From the NCBI GenBank assembly GCA_000146045.2, contig BK006936.2, forward strand, positions 640,001-704,000: 64,000 nucleotides of DNA. The letters run 5' to 3'. Below, piece after piece: positions 43,373-57,302 of this stretch. Under the pieces are notes generated by a model. It was not told the DNA's origin. It did no database searches and was given only the letters and a program-made list of their open reading frames with translations. The position numbers and the translations under genes are program-made. This DNA is from TPA_inf: Saccharomyces (lineage: Eukaryota). The first letter of the stretch is position 1. Every line of letters begins with the position of its first letter.

Positions 43373-43732
43373 TTAATCGTCCAGCGCGGCATTAAATAAT
43401 CTTTCTGTAATACTCTTTAGCTCAATTATGTCCACAGAGACTACAAAACCATCAATCACTACTACACCAACTACTGTACTCGTTTCTCCCAACACGCTCA
43501 AAAGGAAAAAGGGTGAAGACACCAGCGAGGAACAACTGGAAGCAGAAATCAAACGCGTGGCCCTGAAGGATGCAGACAGCCACTCTGACAACGACCACGA
43601 TTCCCCCGACAATGTTCCCTCTGATGTACATTTACGAATGCTGTGCTTAGTCAAACACGCTTCACTGATAGTAGGACACAAGGGCGCCACTATATCTAGA
43701 ATAAAATCCGAAACCTCTGCTAGAATAAACAT
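43373..43732 (-). CDS. 119-aa ORF antisense to the PBP2 5' end; probably non-coding (dubious YBR232C position)
   Basis: It overlaps the PBP2 start on the opposite strand and has no domain. Confidence 0.1.
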   Translation of the reverse strand: MFILAEVSDFILDIVAPLCPTISEACLTKHSIRKCTSEGTLSGESWSLSEWLSASFRATRLISASSCSSLVSSPFFLLSVLGETSTVVGVVVIDGFVVSVDIIELKSITERLFNAALDD

Positions 43733-44669
43733 ATCAAATAATATCAGAGGTGTTCCTGAAAGAATTGTTTACGTGAGGGGTACTTGCGATGATGTAGCCA
43801 AGGCATACGGCATGATAGTAAGAGCGCTGCTTGAAGAACATGGTAACGAAGATAACGGGGAAGACATTGAGATTTCTATCAACCTATTGATCCCTCATCA
43901 TCTTATGGGATGTATAATTGGCAAACGTGGGTCTCGGTTAAGAGAAATTGAGGATTTGAGTGCAGCAAAATTATTCGCGTCCCCGAATCAATTGCTGCTT
44001 TCTAACGATAGAATTTTAACCATTAACGGGGTTCCGGATGCTATCCATATTGCTACTTTCTACATTAGTCAAACATTGCTAAACTTTCAGATGGAATCTC
44101 CGCAGAAAAATGTGAAAAGGTCCATATACTATCAGCCAACTCAGTTTAACTCAGTATTAATAGACCATAGCCAACCGAACACCATTTTCCATCAAAGAAA
44201 CCACCAATATCATCCAAGCGATAAACTACTTTCATACAAACCCAACAAAAATTTACCAATATCATCTACTTTGTTGAGTATGGCCACACCGCAGTATACT
44301 ACTGCTAGCGTTGCAAACGCAACGGCCTTTCAACCGAACTTCGTTATCCCTAATGTGACAGTCTTAGACGGCCCTGTTATCAGTCCGGCACCCGGCAACC
44401 ATTTATTAATGAACTTTGTACAACAAGAGATATTCATAGATGAGAAATTTGTCGGAAATGTCATTGGCAAAGATGGCAAGCACATAAATTCGGTCAAGGA
44501 ATCCACAGGTTGTTCAATTATTATACAAGATCCTGTAGAAGGCTCTTCGGAGAGAAGACTTACCATAAGAGGTACGTTCATGGCGTCCCAAGCTGCTATT
44601 ATGTTGATTAGCAATAAAATTGAAATTGATAGATCAAATGCTGAACGTAAAAGAAGGTCGCCCCTCTAA
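43428..44669 (+). CDS. PBP2: KH-domain RNA-binding protein (hnRNP K / PCBP-like), 413 aa
   Basis: Three KH motifs are present (LRMLCLVKHASLIVGHKGATISRIK; LLIPHHLMGCIIGKRGSRLREIE; IFIDEKFVGNVIGKDGKHINSVK). 413 aa matches PBP2/YBR233W. Confidence 0.88.
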   Translation: MSTETTKPSITTTPTTVLVSPNTLKRKKGEDTSEEQLEAEIKRVALKDADSHSDNDHDSPDNVPSDVHLRMLCLVKHASLIVGHKGATISRIKSETSARINISNNIRGVPERIVYVRGTCDDVAKAYGMIVRALLEEHGNEDNGEDIEISINLLIPHHLMGCIIGKRGSRLREIEDLSAAKLFASPNQLLLSNDRILTINGVPDAIHIATFYISQTLLNFQMESPQKNVKRSIYYQPTQFNSVLIDHSQPNTIFHQRNHQYHPSDKLLSYKPNKNLPISSTLLSMATPQYTTASVANATAFQPNFVIPNVTVLDGPVISPAPGNHLLMNFVQQEIFIDEKFVGNVIGKDGKHINSVKESTGCSIIIQDPVEGSSERRLTIRGTFMASQAAIMLISNKIEIDRSNAERKRRSPL

Positions 44670-44976
44670 ATATACTGCTAGTCAATAAAAACACATAGAA
44701 AATAAAAATACAGAAACTACAAAAGGCAAAAAAAATAAAAGAAAAGGTAATAAATTGAATGAATGTAGATATATAAATATCAATAGAAATACGTACGCGG
44801 AATTATTTCTCTTTGTAACAAATTGATCAAAAGCTTTGTATTTTTTTTTTTTTTAGCTCGGCTGCGCGCTATTACAGTAATTACATGTAAATAAACTATT
44901 CCAAAGAATACAAAAGAAGAGCTTACAGTAGCCAGTCAAAGTCGCTGTGAAACATACACGGCGTTGTAGTCACAGT

Positions 44977-45261
44977 ATGGAACACAATCTTTCACCTTTA
45001 CAGCAAGAAGTATTGGACAAATACAAACAGCTTTCTTTAGATCTAAAAGCTCTGGATGAAACTATAAAAGAACTAAACTATTCGCAACACAGGCAACAGC
45101 ATTCACAGCAAGAAACTGTATCGCCAGATGAGATACTACAGGAGATGAGGGACATAGAGGTCAAAATTGGTTTAGTTGGGACACTGCTAAAAGGTAGCGT
45201 GTACTCGCTTATCTTGCAAAGAAAGCAAGAACAGGAGTCTTTGGGTAGCAATTCTAAATAA
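44977..45261 (+). CDS. DAD3: DASH/Dam1 kinetochore complex subunit, 94 aa
   Basis: ATG at 44977 gives [34 protein letters not shown]..., 94 aa. The ORF-track start at 44947 is a GTG. It matches DAD3/YBR233W-A. Confidence 0.8.
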
Positions 45262-45437
45262 TGGTTTGGTGCAAGAAATTGATTCTGATGCTTTATTTTT
45301 TACGGTACACTACATTGTGCTGTGAGTTGTAATAATATAGTCTGTATATGCCAAGTGAAGAAAAAAACAATACAAACTCAAGGTGTATTATGAGGTAGGG
45401 AATACACATAACAATATATATATATACGTATGTATAT

Positions 45438-46592
45438 TTAAATTGTATAAATGACGATCTTACCGTCTAACCCACAGGAAGAGACTTGTGTGATTTGGCC
45501 GTTGGATTCCGCAAAAGGTCTTAATTCCACAATGGCGTTTTCATGTGCACTTTCTTGGACATCTGTGCTAACTTTACCTTTCAAGTCTAATTCTTTAAAC
45601 TTTCTCAATGCGGAAATACCGAAAGTTGAACTTTCATCATTATTACCACTCAGCTCGTCTGTATTACCAGATGCAGTTAAGGCAGAAGACTTGTTATTGT
45701 CTGATTTGTCTAGATTCTTCGCAAATTTCCAGCCTTCAGAGGCTTCGCTGAACAATACCGGATGACAAGAGTATCCTCCACAAACAATCTCGTGGTCGTT
45801 TATCCATACTAAGGACCTGTAAGGTAAACCTTCCGGAGCATTGACAGATTGCACTGGAGATTGGTAATCGACAACATTCAAAGTACCATCATGCGCTACA
45901 TAAGCAATTCTTTCCATCTGACTTCTCCATTCCACATCATGGATATAAGAACCCTGATACCACTCCCTGATTAAACAACCAAAAGGGAATTTCTGGCCCC
46001 AGGGTGATCCGGCGACGGATTCCTTGGAATCCAAACCCTTGATAAACCCGCTGAACACACGCATAAACCCATCAGTACCACCAGCAGCTAATAGGACTCC
46101 ATTTGCATGCCAAGACAGGCAATTGATGGTAGATTTGATGGGTTTCTTGATGTGCTTGGATACCCACCAATTATTCTCGTGTTCGTAATAACAAACAGCG
46201 ATGATTCTAGCACTGGACCCAACAGCAAACTTATAACCATTTGGTGCCCATGTAACTGAAGTAGCTGCTCTGTTAATACGAAGAAGTACTAACGTGGGCT
46301 TGTATGTCCCATCACTCAATGGCTCCCAAACGTAAGCATTACGGTCTTGGGAGCAAGTCACAATACGACCATGTATGGAAATGTCCACAGCAGTAATGGT
46401 TTTATCATGATCTTTCAACGTTGCGAATAAAACGGGAGGTGTGTTGTTTGAAACTCTATAGACAAGACAATCTGTTTCGCATGTAACGGCTAAAATAGAT
46501 TTATCTTGAGAAAAGCAATGAGAGTAGATTGGCGCTTTGACCAGCTTGTAGACGGCAACAACGGACTTGTCTTTAGAATTGGAAAATGACAT
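45438..46592 (-). CDS. ARC40: Arp2/3 complex 40-kDa WD40 subunit, 384 aa
   Basis: 384-aa ORF with WD repeats throughout (...TCSQDRNAYVWE..., ...VWINDHEIVCGGYS...). It matches ARC40/YBR234C. Confidence 0.88.
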   Translation of the reverse strand: MSFSNSKDKSVVAVYKLVKAPIYSHCFSQDKSILAVTCETDCLVYRVSNNTPPVLFATLKDHDKTITAVDISIHGRIVTCSQDRNAYVWEPLSDGTYKPTLVLLRINRAATSVTWAPNGYKFAVGSSARIIAVCYYEHENNWWVSKHIKKPIKSTINCLSWHANGVLLAAGGTDGFMRVFSGFIKGLDSKESVAGSPWGQKFPFGCLIREWYQGSYIHDVEWRSQMERIAYVAHDGTLNVVDYQSPVQSVNAPEGLPYRSLVWINDHEIVCGGYSCHPVLFSEASEGWKFAKNLDKSDNNKSSALTASGNTDELSGNNDESSTFGISALRKFKELDLKGKVSTDVQESAHENAIVELRPFAESNGQITQVSSCGLDGKIVIYTI

Positions 46593-46900
46593 TAGGAGAC
46601 TCTCAACTAATATACGTTTACTTCGGCTTATTTTTCCTATTTTTCTTTGTTTCTAATCTGGAAGCTTTCTCGATCAAGATTGCTCTTATTTGACCCTTTT
46701 TCATTATAGGCAAGGCGCGGGCGGGTGACAAGAAGATTTTGATAATTGTGCAACTGATAACGTAGGATTCATTATCAACATTGTTGTTAAAGAGTAACAA
46801 GGAAATCTAAGAAATGGTTGTGCTTGTTGTCGAAGAAGTGATAGAGACAGTGTTTTTGCCAGCCAATTCTCTTTAAGAATAGGCCTTTCTTGTAGGATTA

Positions 46901-49900
46901 ATGGTTAGTAGGTTTTATCAGATTCCAGGTACGCATCGGCCATCGTCGGCAATATCTTCTTCAAATGAATCTTCTTCACTGTTGTCTGCAAGGAGAATAA
47001 GTCAAACATATTTCAATTATCAGGCGACCCCTGAATGCCAAAAAGTTTCCTCTAAGTATGATCCTGATAACCCAAACAAAGATAAGTTGGGAACATACGA
47101 TGGGGTATTTGTGCCTACTGCTTTAAACGTATTGTCTATCCTTATGTTTCTTCGTTTTGGCTTCATTTTGGGTCAGTTAGGTATTATATGCACCATCGGT
47201 CTTCTGCTATTGAGTTACACTATTAATCTTCTCACCACGTTAAGTATATCTGCTATATCTACAAACGGGACTGTTAGGGGCGGGGGTGCTTATTATATGA
47301 TTTCAAGAAGTTTAGGACCTGAATTTGGTGGATCCATTGGGCTTGTCTTTTTCTTAGGGCAGGTGTTCAATGCAGGTATGAACGCAGTGGGTATTATCGA
47401 ACCTTTACTCTATAACTTGGGTTATTCTGCTCAAGGCGAGCCACCTGCAGCTTTGGGAGAGCTACTACCAAGAGGGCATTGGCACGAATTTACATATGCC
47501 ACGGTCATTCTTTTCTTATGTTTTTCTGTGGCTTTTGTTGGCTCGCAAACAGTGTCAAGAGCAGGGAATATTCTTTTTTTGGTACTGGCAGCTTCTATAT
47601 TTTCCATTCCACTTTCTGCATTGATAAGATCGCCATTCACTGAAGGCGGTATCAGTTATACAGGTCCTTCATGGCAAACTTTTCATGATAACCTGCTCCC
47701 TCACTTAACAAAAGGTGCAGCAGGTTCGTTACTCAAAGGTAAGGAAACATTCAATGATTTATTTGGCGTTTTTTTTCCTGCTACAGCTGGTATATTCGCG
47801 GGCGCAGGAATGTCAAGTGAATTGAGAAAGCCCTCTAAATCAATTCCTAAGGGTACCTTATGGGGTTTACTTTTCACTTTTATCTGTTATGCCGTTGTTG
47901 TCTTCTCCATGGGTTGTTCCATTCCCAGAAGATCGTTATATGATGAAGTACAAATTATACAGACGATCAGTTCCGTTCAGTGGGTTATATTCATGGGTGA
48001 AATGGCTACTTCTCTTTTCTCCATCATAGTGGGGATGCTCGGTGCTGCTTATGTATTAGAAGCAATTGCAAAGGATAACATTATTCCTGGTTTGGAGATT
48101 TTTGCTCATTCACCGTTATATTCATTGATTTTTACTTGGATTCTAACACAGCTATGTTTGTTTTCAGACGTCAATAAAATCGCCACATTTATCACAATGA
48201 CATTCTTAATGACGTTTGTGGTCATGAATTTGGCGTGCTTCCTATTAGGTATTTCCTCTGCTCCCAATTTCAGGCCCTCTTTCAAATACTTTAACAGGTA
48301 TACTACAGCAATTGGCGCATTACTTTCTGTTGTTGCGATGTTAATAGTTGATGGCATCTCAGCGTCTGTCTTGTTTTTGGCTATGATTTTGCTATTTTTA
48401 TTCATTCATTATTTTTCACCACCGAAGTCTTGGGGTGATGTGTCTCAAAGTTTAATATATCATCAAGTGAGAAAGTATTTGCTTCGCCTACGTCAAGACA
48501 ATATTAAATACTGGAGGCCTCAAATATTGCTGTTTGTAGATAATCCAAGGACGAGCTGGAACTTAATAAGGTTTTGCAATCATTTGAAAAAAGGTGGTTT
48601 GTATATTTTAGGCCATGTTGCAGTAACTGCGGATTTTCCGAAGCAACTAAATGAATTAAAAACTCAGCAGAAAGCTTGGATGAAGATCAGAGACATGGCA
48701 GCAATAAAGGCTTTTGTCCAAGTTGGGACTGGTCCCTCCCTTATATGGGGAATTAGGAATGTTTTTATTGGTTCCGGGCTTGGAGGTATGAAACCAAACA
48801 TTACTGTTGTCGGTTTTTTTGACCTCGAAAGTTATAGAAAGCACATCCCACAAAGTCGCAGCCAAAATAACCTTCAGAAACAGGTGGAAATAAAAGCTAC
48901 AGTGCCACGTAGTACATGCTCTGATGTCAAAATCAATGTTCCATTGCCTACGGATGAGTGTAAAAATGAAACCAAAGTTAATGTACAACAATGGGTTCAA
49001 ATTGTAGAAGATCTATCACTGATGCAATCCAATATTGCCATAGCGCATGGATTCAAAAATTTAGAGATACCGAACAAAAGGGACAGCTGCTTTCCAAAAA
49101 AAACTATAGATCTTTATCCCATCCAAATGTGCGGAAAAGTTGAGGCAAAGGGTGACCAGCCTGCGGCTATCACTACTAACTTTGATACGTATACACTGAT
49201 TCTACAATTAGCTGCCATTTTGGTTACTGTTCCTGAATGGAAGCGCACACATTCGCTTCGAGTTATTTTATTTGTGGAACAAGAATATCATAGAACGAAC
49301 GAAACTCAACGAATGAAAAAGCTATTACAGGTTCTAAGAATTGACGCAGAGGTTTTGGTAGTATCTTTAGATCAATTCAGAGTATACAACACAATTGTCA
49401 AGGGAGACCCAATCGTGTTTGATTATGTCAACTCGAAATTGGCCGATAATGAATGGTGGAAAGATTTGGTTGAAGCTCGTGATACATTAAAACCGAAGCG
49501 GAGGTTTTCCACTATTGAACCTCAAACGATAGCAAAGCAATTTACACAATCAAGAAAATATACGTCTGGGGTTCAGAAATTGGGTGTCTCATTTACAATG
49601 AATACGAGAATGCCAACTAACCGCATTGATACCCCATGCGAGAGTGAGGACTCCGATTTGGATACAGATCTTACGTCAATTCGTGATGCCTTCTCGGCAT
49701 CGACTAATATTTCAGTAGGTAAGGACTTAACGACCAAATCGAAGACCGGTTCCGACAGAACAAATTTACTCGTAAAGAATTTACAAAGCGATGTGTCAAC
49801 ACAGTCGTTAAGACCCGTTTTCTCGAGTAATACTTTGCCGAGGACGAGAGTCGTGGAAGATGGCACGGGTGAACAGCCGACACTGATCCCAATTGCCGAA

Positions 49901-50263
49901 CCTGACCTTTCGAATGGGAACGGTACTGGGAGCGGTATTGGCAACGGCAACAAATTAAAGAAACCGGTTCTTCCCGAATTATCACCTTGTTGTTCAAAAG
50001 ATAGTTTAGTCACAGCGATGCAAAATTTAGGTTTCAATGATCTTCCCAGCACTGCTCAACATTTGGTTCTGAATGATGTGATGACACAAATGTCAAAGAG
50101 TTCGGATTTAATTTTTTCAACCTTGCCAGTTCCAGCTCTTGGAACACATGAAGATCACGATGCAAGTTTACAATATGTCGAGGACTTGGATATTTGGTTG
50201 GAGGGCTTACCTCCATGCATGTTAATCAATTCGCAAACCATGACAGTAACTACTGCATTATAG
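46901..50263 (+). CDS. VHC1: Vacuolar cation-chloride cotransporter (SLC12/CCC family), 1120 aa
   Basis: 1120-aa ORF with about 12 TM helices of an APC/SLC12-type permease core, followed by a long hydrophilic C-terminal domain. It matches VHC1/YBR235W. Confidence 0.85.
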   Translation: MVSRFYQIPGTHRPSSAISSSNESSSLLSARRISQTYFNYQATPECQKVSSKYDPDNPNKDKLGTYDGVFVPTALNVLSILMFLRFGFILGQLGIICTIGLLLLSYTINLLTTLSISAISTNGTVRGGGAYYMISRSLGPEFGGSIGLVFFLGQVFNAGMNAVGIIEPLLYNLGYSAQGEPPAALGELLPRGHWHEFTYATVILFLCFSVAFVGSQTVSRAGNILFLVLAASIFSIPLSALIRSPFTEGGISYTGPSWQTFHDNLLPHLTKGAAGSLLKGKETFNDLFGVFFPATAGIFAGAGMSSELRKPSKSIPKGTLWGLLFTFICYAVVVFSMGCSIPRRSLYDEVQIIQTISSVQWVIFMGEMATSLFSIIVGMLGAAYVLEAIAKDNIIPGLEIFAHSPLYSLIFTWILTQLCLFSDVNKIATFITMTFLMTFVVMNLACFLLGISSAPNFRPSFKYFNRYTTAIGALLSVVAMLIVDGISASVLFLAMILLFLFIHYFSPPKSWGDVSQSLIYHQVRKYLLRLRQDNIKYWRPQILLFVDNPRTSWNLIRFCNHLKKGGLYILGHVAVTADFPKQLNELKTQQKAWMKIRDMAAIKAFVQVGTGPSLIWGIRNVFIGSGLGGMKPNITVVGFFDLESYRKHIPQSRSQNNLQKQVEIKATVPRSTCSDVKINVPLPTDECKNETKVNVQQWVQIVEDLSLMQSNIAIAHGFKNLEIPNKRDSCFPKKTIDLYPIQMCGKVEAKGDQPAAITTNFDTYTLILQLAAILVTVPEWKRTHSLRVILFVEQEYHRTNETQRMKKLLQVLRIDAEVLVVSLDQFRVYNTIVKGDPIVFDYVNSKLADNEWWKDLVEARDTLKPKRRFSTIEPQTIAKQFTQSRKYTSGVQKLGVSFTMNTRMPTNRIDTPCESEDSDLDTDLTSIRDAFSASTNISVGKDLTTKSKTGSDRTNLLVKNLQSDVSTQSLRPVFSSNTLPRTRVVEDGTGEQPTLIPIAEPDLSNGNGTGSGIGNGNKLKKPVLPELSPCCSKDSLVTAMQNLGFNDLPSTAQHLVLNDVMTQMSKSSDLIFSTLPVPALGTHEDHDASLQYVEDLDIWLEGLPPCMLINSQTMTVTTAL

Positions 50264-50382
50264 AATAACACATATATCGTTATGCATTTCCCCAGAACTT
50301 ATTTACTACATATAGAAGTCTTGTAATACGGCCGAAATACAGATGCTTTATAGTAGGGTTATTGTTTCTATTCATTTTTATT

Positions 50383-51702
<1,320 letters not shown>

Positions 51703-51968
51703 CTAAGACGGATAATGGACGACTCCACGTTGTAGTAGTTGTCACATTAATCGGAAAAGTGTCTCACATGTAAAGGATTAAAATAAGAAATCTTCTAATT
51801 TATGTTGAAATATCTTGATTTACCATTACCCGGATTAGATGAAACTAATTAAAGTCATTTAGAGCAATGGACCAAACTAAAGGTATTAGAGTTCTTTCTA
51901 ATATAATACAGCGCCAAATAATTCGAGAAGGGAAATCATAACGCTGTTGCCTTGGGTTTATTTGAGGT

Positions 51969-54518
51969 ATGGAAACTATTGATTCGAAGCAAAATATTAA
52001 TAGGGAGTCTTTATTGGAGGAAAGGAGGAAAAAACTAGCAAAATGGAAACAAAAAAAAGCACAATTTGATGCTCAGAAAGAGCATCAAACTTCACGCAAT
52101 GACATTGTTACTAACAGTTTAGAAGGTAAGCAGACTACTGAAAAGTTTACGGAAAGACAGGAACGTGTAAAAGAAGAGCTTCGGAAGAGAAAAAATGAAT
52201 TTAGGAAATCTGACGAACCTGTATCGGTTAAGCCTTCGAAGAAAAAGTCGAAGAGAAGTAAGGTAAAGAAGAAAATATCCTTCGACTTCAGTGATGACGA
52301 TGATTCTGAAATAGGAGTTTCTTTTAGATCGAAGGAGCACATTCAAAAAGCTCCAGAGCATGATAATGAAAAAGATCCACTGGATGAGTTTATGACGTCA
52401 TTGAAGGAGGAGAAAATGAGTAATAGTAAAGGCATGTACGACAGAGGCGACATTCTTGATGTAGAGGATCAATTGTTTGAACTTGGAGGAACCGACGATG
52501 AGGATGTTGAAGATAATACGGATAATTCTAATATAGCGAAAATTGCTAAACTCAAAGCAAAAAAACGTGTAAAGCAAATTTATTACTCTCCAGAAGAGCT
52601 TGAGCCGTTCCAAAAAAATTTTTATATAGAATCTGAAACAGTTTCCTCGATGTCAGAGATGGAAGTTGAGGAGCTTAGACTTAGTCTGGATAATATCAAA
52701 ATAAAGGGAACAGGTTGCCCCAAACCAGTCACAAAGTGGTCTCAACTGGGACTATCAACGGACACCATGGTTTTAATTACAGAAAAGTTGCACTTTGGCT
52801 CCTTAACGCCTATTCAATCCCAGGCTCTTCCCGCTATTATGTCAGGTCGTGATGTTATAGGAATATCAAAAACTGGCTCCGGCAAGACCATCTCCTATCT
52901 TTTACCATTGCTAAGACAAGTAAAAGCTCAACGGCCATTATCAAAACATGAAACAGGGCCCATGGGTTTAATTCTGGCTCCAACTAGAGAGCTAGCTTTA
53001 CAAATACATGAAGAAGTTACTAAATTCACAGAAGCAGATACATCCATTAGATCAGTATGCTGTACAGGAGGTTCTGAAATGAAAAAGCAGATTACTGATC
53101 TTAAAAGAGGCACTGAGATTGTTGTTGCCACACCGGGACGATTTATTGATATATTAACACTAAATGATGGGAAATTACTTAGTACTAAAAGAATAACGTT
53201 CGTAGTAATGGATGAGGCAGACAGGCTGTTCGATTTAGGTTTTGAACCTCAAATAACGCAAATCATGAAAACTGTTCGACCGGATAAACAGTGTGTTCTA
53301 TTTAGTGCAACTTTTCCGAACAAACTACGCAGTTTTGCCGTAAGAGTTTTGCATTCCCCAATATCTATTACGATTAATTCAAAGGGAATGGTTAATGAAA
53401 ACGTAAAACAAAAGTTTAGAATATGCCATTCAGAAGATGAAAAATTTGACAATCTGGTGCAGCTTATCCATGAGCGCAGTGAATTTTTTGACGAGGTTCA
53501 AAGTGAAAATGACGGACAGTCAAGCGATGTTGAAGAAGTTGATGCTAAAGCCATTATATTTGTATCAAGTCAGAATATTTGCGACTTCATTTCAAAAAAG
53601 CTGTTAAATGCTGGAATTGTGACCTGTGCTATTCATGCAGGTAAGCCATATCAAGAAAGGCTTATGAACTTAGAAAAGTTCAAACGAGAAAAGAACAGTA
53701 TTCTTCTCTGTACAGAGGTTCTCTCAAGAGGTTTAAATGTTCCCGAAGTGTCGTTGGTTATTATCTATAACGCCGTCAAAACTTTCGCGCAATATGTTCA
53801 TACTACTGGAAGAACTGCCAGAGGTAGTCGCTCCGGTACTGCTATTACTCTTCTATTGCATGATGAACTGTCAGGTGCTTATATCTTGAGCAAGGCAATG
53901 CGCGATGAAGAAATAAAAGCTTTAGACCCTCTGCAAGCAAAAGAACTTCAGGAAATGAGTGCCAAGTTTGAATCCGGTATGAAAAAGGGTAAGTTTAGGT
54001 TGTCGAAAGGGTTCGGCGGCAAAGGACTGGAAAATATCAAAAGTAAAAGAGAGGAAGCTCAAAATAAAGATTTGGAGCTCAAAAAGAATGATAAGAGGAG
54101 CGATGACTTGGAAAAGAAAATCAGCAATCCACGCGAAGGGCATGACAGTGTGTCTGAGTCTTCTGCGCTTATTCCGAGACTCAATTATGAACTATTCAAA
54201 GAGTCTACAGACGGGTCGATCATCTTTTACGCCAAGGTTTATATTAATGATTTACCCCAGATTGTAAGATGGGAGGCTACAAAGAATACAACCTTATTAT
54301 TTATCAAGCATGAAACCGGATGTAGTATTACTAACAAGGGTAAATTTTACCCTGAAGGGAAGGAACCAAAGAATGAAAACGATGAGCCTAAACTATACTT
54401 ATTGATCGAAGGCCAAGATGAGAAAGACATACAATTAAGTATAGAATTGCTGGAGCAAAAAGTTAAAGAGGGGGTCGTAAAGGCTGCAAGCTTGTCTTTG
54501 AAGAGTACTAAATACTAG
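51969..54518 (+). CDS. PRP5: Pre-mRNA splicing DEAD-box ATPase, 849 aa
   Basis: Motifs [11 protein letters not shown], Ia PTRELA, II DEAD (VMDEADRL), III SAT, and [11 protein letters not shown] are present. 849 aa matches PRP5/YBR237W. Confidence 0.92.
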
Positions 54519-55106
54519 TTTTTAGAATTTAACTCACTCGTGGTGCTATATACTTTCGTAGTTAGTTCTGAAATTTTTAGGGTGGTAATTTAAAGCATAT
54601 TCAATCATAATAAAAAAAAAAAAAGAGAATTATTAGGAAAAATAAAAACAAAATAATATATAATATATGATGTAGAAAAAAATCTTGAAATTTTTATCGA
54701 TTCGAATAAAATGGAATTTAAAAAAGTGGGAAAGAAACAATGAGAATTCATAGGATATAATGAAAGGTAAATGCTTTAAAAAAAAATTAAGAGGGGAAAA
54801 TAAAAGTAGAAAAGCAAATAAAAACAAAACATGGAATAAAAGTAACTTCAAAAAAATTTATCAAGAAAATGGTAGGCTTGAAGAATATAATAATAGTTTT
54901 TTAGTTGATTTGAGATGTGATATGACAAATAAAAAATAATGAAATAACGATAAAAATAAGGAAGGGAAAAACTGACAATCGAATAATAATATTAATAATG
55001 GTAAGTTTATCACATCAATTCATAGGGAATATAAATTTGAAATTGTTACTCTTCTTTCTTTTTTTGTTCTGTAGAGAAAGAAGGTGAAAAGTGAAGGATA
55101 TTAACT

Positions 55107-57302
55107 TTAAACACACGTTGGCTTCAAATTATGTAATTCAGGAATAGGAATATCGTTAACGATTAAAGTTTGGAATTGGTTCAAAACTTCTTGCAAAACG
55201 GAATATTTGACAGCGGTCCCTGTTGTTAATCTGGCTAGTTGTCTGGAATCACGGCAATATGGAGAGTAACGTTTAACAATTTTCAAATACAAAACCATTC
55301 TGCCGTCAACTGGTATGGAAGAAGAAGCAGCCTCCGCAGCAAATTCATCAAATGCACCAGAAGCAGTTGCTGCTTGCAATGCTGGATGAGAGTAGAAGTC
55401 CATTGGATTTTGAGGATTGTTGAACAAATGCTCTGGTGCTGGAGTATCCATTGGAGTTAAGGATGGCGAAGGAGTTGCGGTTCTGCTTATTTGAGTGCTG
55501 TTCATGTTACTTTTCTTGGAATCTCTATCATTTTGGGTCCATGTTACAGTAGCATCTCTTAAGGCCGCCCAATCTGCGTTGGCAATAAATCTTTGACCAA
55601 TTTCATCTGATTTGCGGATTAAATCCATCCATCTTTGGAGAATTTCTGCATTCGAAGCATCATCGACAGATCCCATAGACTTTAATAAGATTCTATAAGC
55701 GACTATTGTTTTTGGAATGTGGTACGCCTCGTAACTCTTATCGATGTATTCTAAAATACTGCGGTCATGCCAGACAGTGCATTTAGCCAAGATAATGTTA
55801 AAGAAAGGTTCATCTATATGCTTGATGTTGTTGTAAGTTTGAATAATATTTTGTAAAGTTTGAAAACCTTGCATCTTGTCCACAGCATAATTTTCAAAAA
55901 AAATGTCGAAAAAAGTGTCATTCAAAGATGAAGAAATACCGTGGTTGACGTTTCTACCATAATGTAAAGAAGACTTGTACCAGATTTGATAGATGTGGTT
56001 GAAATCACGGGTTTGGCTCCATATGTTTCTTAAAAAGGATTTCACGTAGGAAACTTGCAAGTCTATCTTGTATGGCATTTCATCATTTAAAGCCTTGTCA
56101 AAAAAGGTTTGAGCCACATTCAAGTCTTTACATTCACCAATGAAGGAAAGATGGGTTTCTATCAAATAACCGTATTTCATTTCGGTTGATTCTTGGCATA
56201 ATTTTTGGAATAATTTGAGAGCCATGTCATTTTCACTAGCAGATAAAGAGGCTCTGATCATCCCAACTGAAAGATTTGGATGGAAGTAATTAATCATCGA
56301 TGAAGACTTTTCATATAGAGCTTGAATTTCTGGATAAGAGACACCATTGTCGTATAAGATGGGTAATATAACACCGACAACTCTTGGATTCAGAAAAATA
56401 TTAGATGTGTAGGTATTTTGCCCATTGATTGCAGCTTTCCATATGTCGACAGCTTCCTCAAACAACAAAAGCTCCTTAAACGCAGTTATCAAATGCATAG
56501 CACCGTATTCGTTCAGTTCGACCTTGCCGTTTAGAACGTCTTCGGAGATCTCTCTCAAAGATTTGCAAAGATAGTTTGTCATTTCTTTGTGAAAGGATTG
56601 AGAGTCGTAATCAGGTTTCTTGTTCATTCTCGTCAACTGATTTCTATTAGCTCTCAACCCATTGTGAAGTAAATGTACAAGCTTGGAGACACGATCAGAA
56701 TTTAATTCCGGTGTAGTGAGTAGATCATGATACAGCCCCATTGCTCTACCTATAGAATCCCAAAATAATGGATTAGCGTTAGAATTTGGATGTTCTGAAT
56801 GGTGTTTCATGTTTTGACGCCTTGGAGTTTGTGACATATAAAGAGTCTGTGAAACGCAATCTTCGAAGGCACAAACCTTATGAAACCATGGGGAGTCTGG
56901 GCTAATTGAATTACCTTGATTGGAGTTATTATACTTGCTATGATTATGGTTATTTTGATGATGGTTACGATTGTTATTGTGGTGATGATTACGGTTATTG
57001 TTATGATGGTTGTTACTATTATTGCTGTTATTCTGAGCTAGATGATTGTTGTTGTTGGCTCCAATGTTGCCACCAAAGTGAGGAACAAAATGGTTGGCTG
57101 GGCTTACCTGATAAGTAGCGAGGGCTGGATTGTTAAAAGTAGCAGGCGTGTAAGGAATGGCATAGTTGTGTTCATGGTGCTCCATAGCGATTGTACCGTT
57201 AAATTTCATTGGATGAGTCAGCGAATTCTTTGTCGGATGTGGAACAAACTGGTTTGGGGGTTTGCCCTTCAGTACTTGTGTTTGCTGAGCTAAACGGATC
57301 AT
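55107..57302 (-). CDS. Mitochondrial membrane-associated protein, RMD9 paralogue (PPR-like helical repeats), 731 aa
   Basis: ATG at 57300-57302 gives MIRLAQQTQVLKGKPPNQF... (731 aa). A striking H/N-rich low-complexity block (NNHHNNNRNHHHNNNRNHHQNNHNH) lies near the N-terminus. The helical-repeat C-terminal two-thirds are RMD9-like. It corresponds to YBR238C. The ORF track adds 19 upstream codons. Confidence 0.8.
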   Translation of the reverse strand: MIRLAQQTQVLKGKPPNQFVPHPTKNSLTHPMKFNGTIAMEHHEHNYAIPYTPATFNNPALATYQVSPANHFVPHFGGNIGANNNNHLAQNNSNNSNNHHNNNRNHHHNNNRNHHQNNHNHSKYNNSNQGNSISPDSPWFHKVCAFEDCVSQTLYMSQTPRRQNMKHHSEHPNSNANPLFWDSIGRAMGLYHDLLTTPELNSDRVSKLVHLLHNGLRANRNQLTRMNKKPDYDSQSFHKEMTNYLCKSLREISEDVLNGKVELNEYGAMHLITAFKELLLFEEAVDIWKAAINGQNTYTSNIFLNPRVVGVILPILYDNGVSYPEIQALYEKSSSMINYFHPNLSVGMIRASLSASENDMALKLFQKLCQESTEMKYGYLIETHLSFIGECKDLNVAQTFFDKALNDEMPYKIDLQVSYVKSFLRNIWSQTRDFNHIYQIWYKSSLHYGRNVNHGISSSLNDTFFDIFFENYAVDKMQGFQTLQNIIQTYNNIKHIDEPFFNIILAKCTVWHDRSILEYIDKSYEAYHIPKTIVAYRILLKSMGSVDDASNAEILQRWMDLIRKSDEIGQRFIANADWAALRDATVTWTQNDRDSKKSNMNSTQISRTATPSPSLTPMDTPAPEHLFNNPQNPMDFYSHPALQAATASGAFDEFAAEAASSSIPVDGRMVLYLKIVKRYSPYCRDSRQLARLTTGTAVKYSVLQEVLNQFQTLIVNDIPIPELHNLKPTCV

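Noticed and set aside
49573-50052. 159-aa and 97-aa ORFs antisense to the VHC1 C-terminal region
   Set aside because: They overlap a well-supported long CDS on the opposite strand and show no independent signals.
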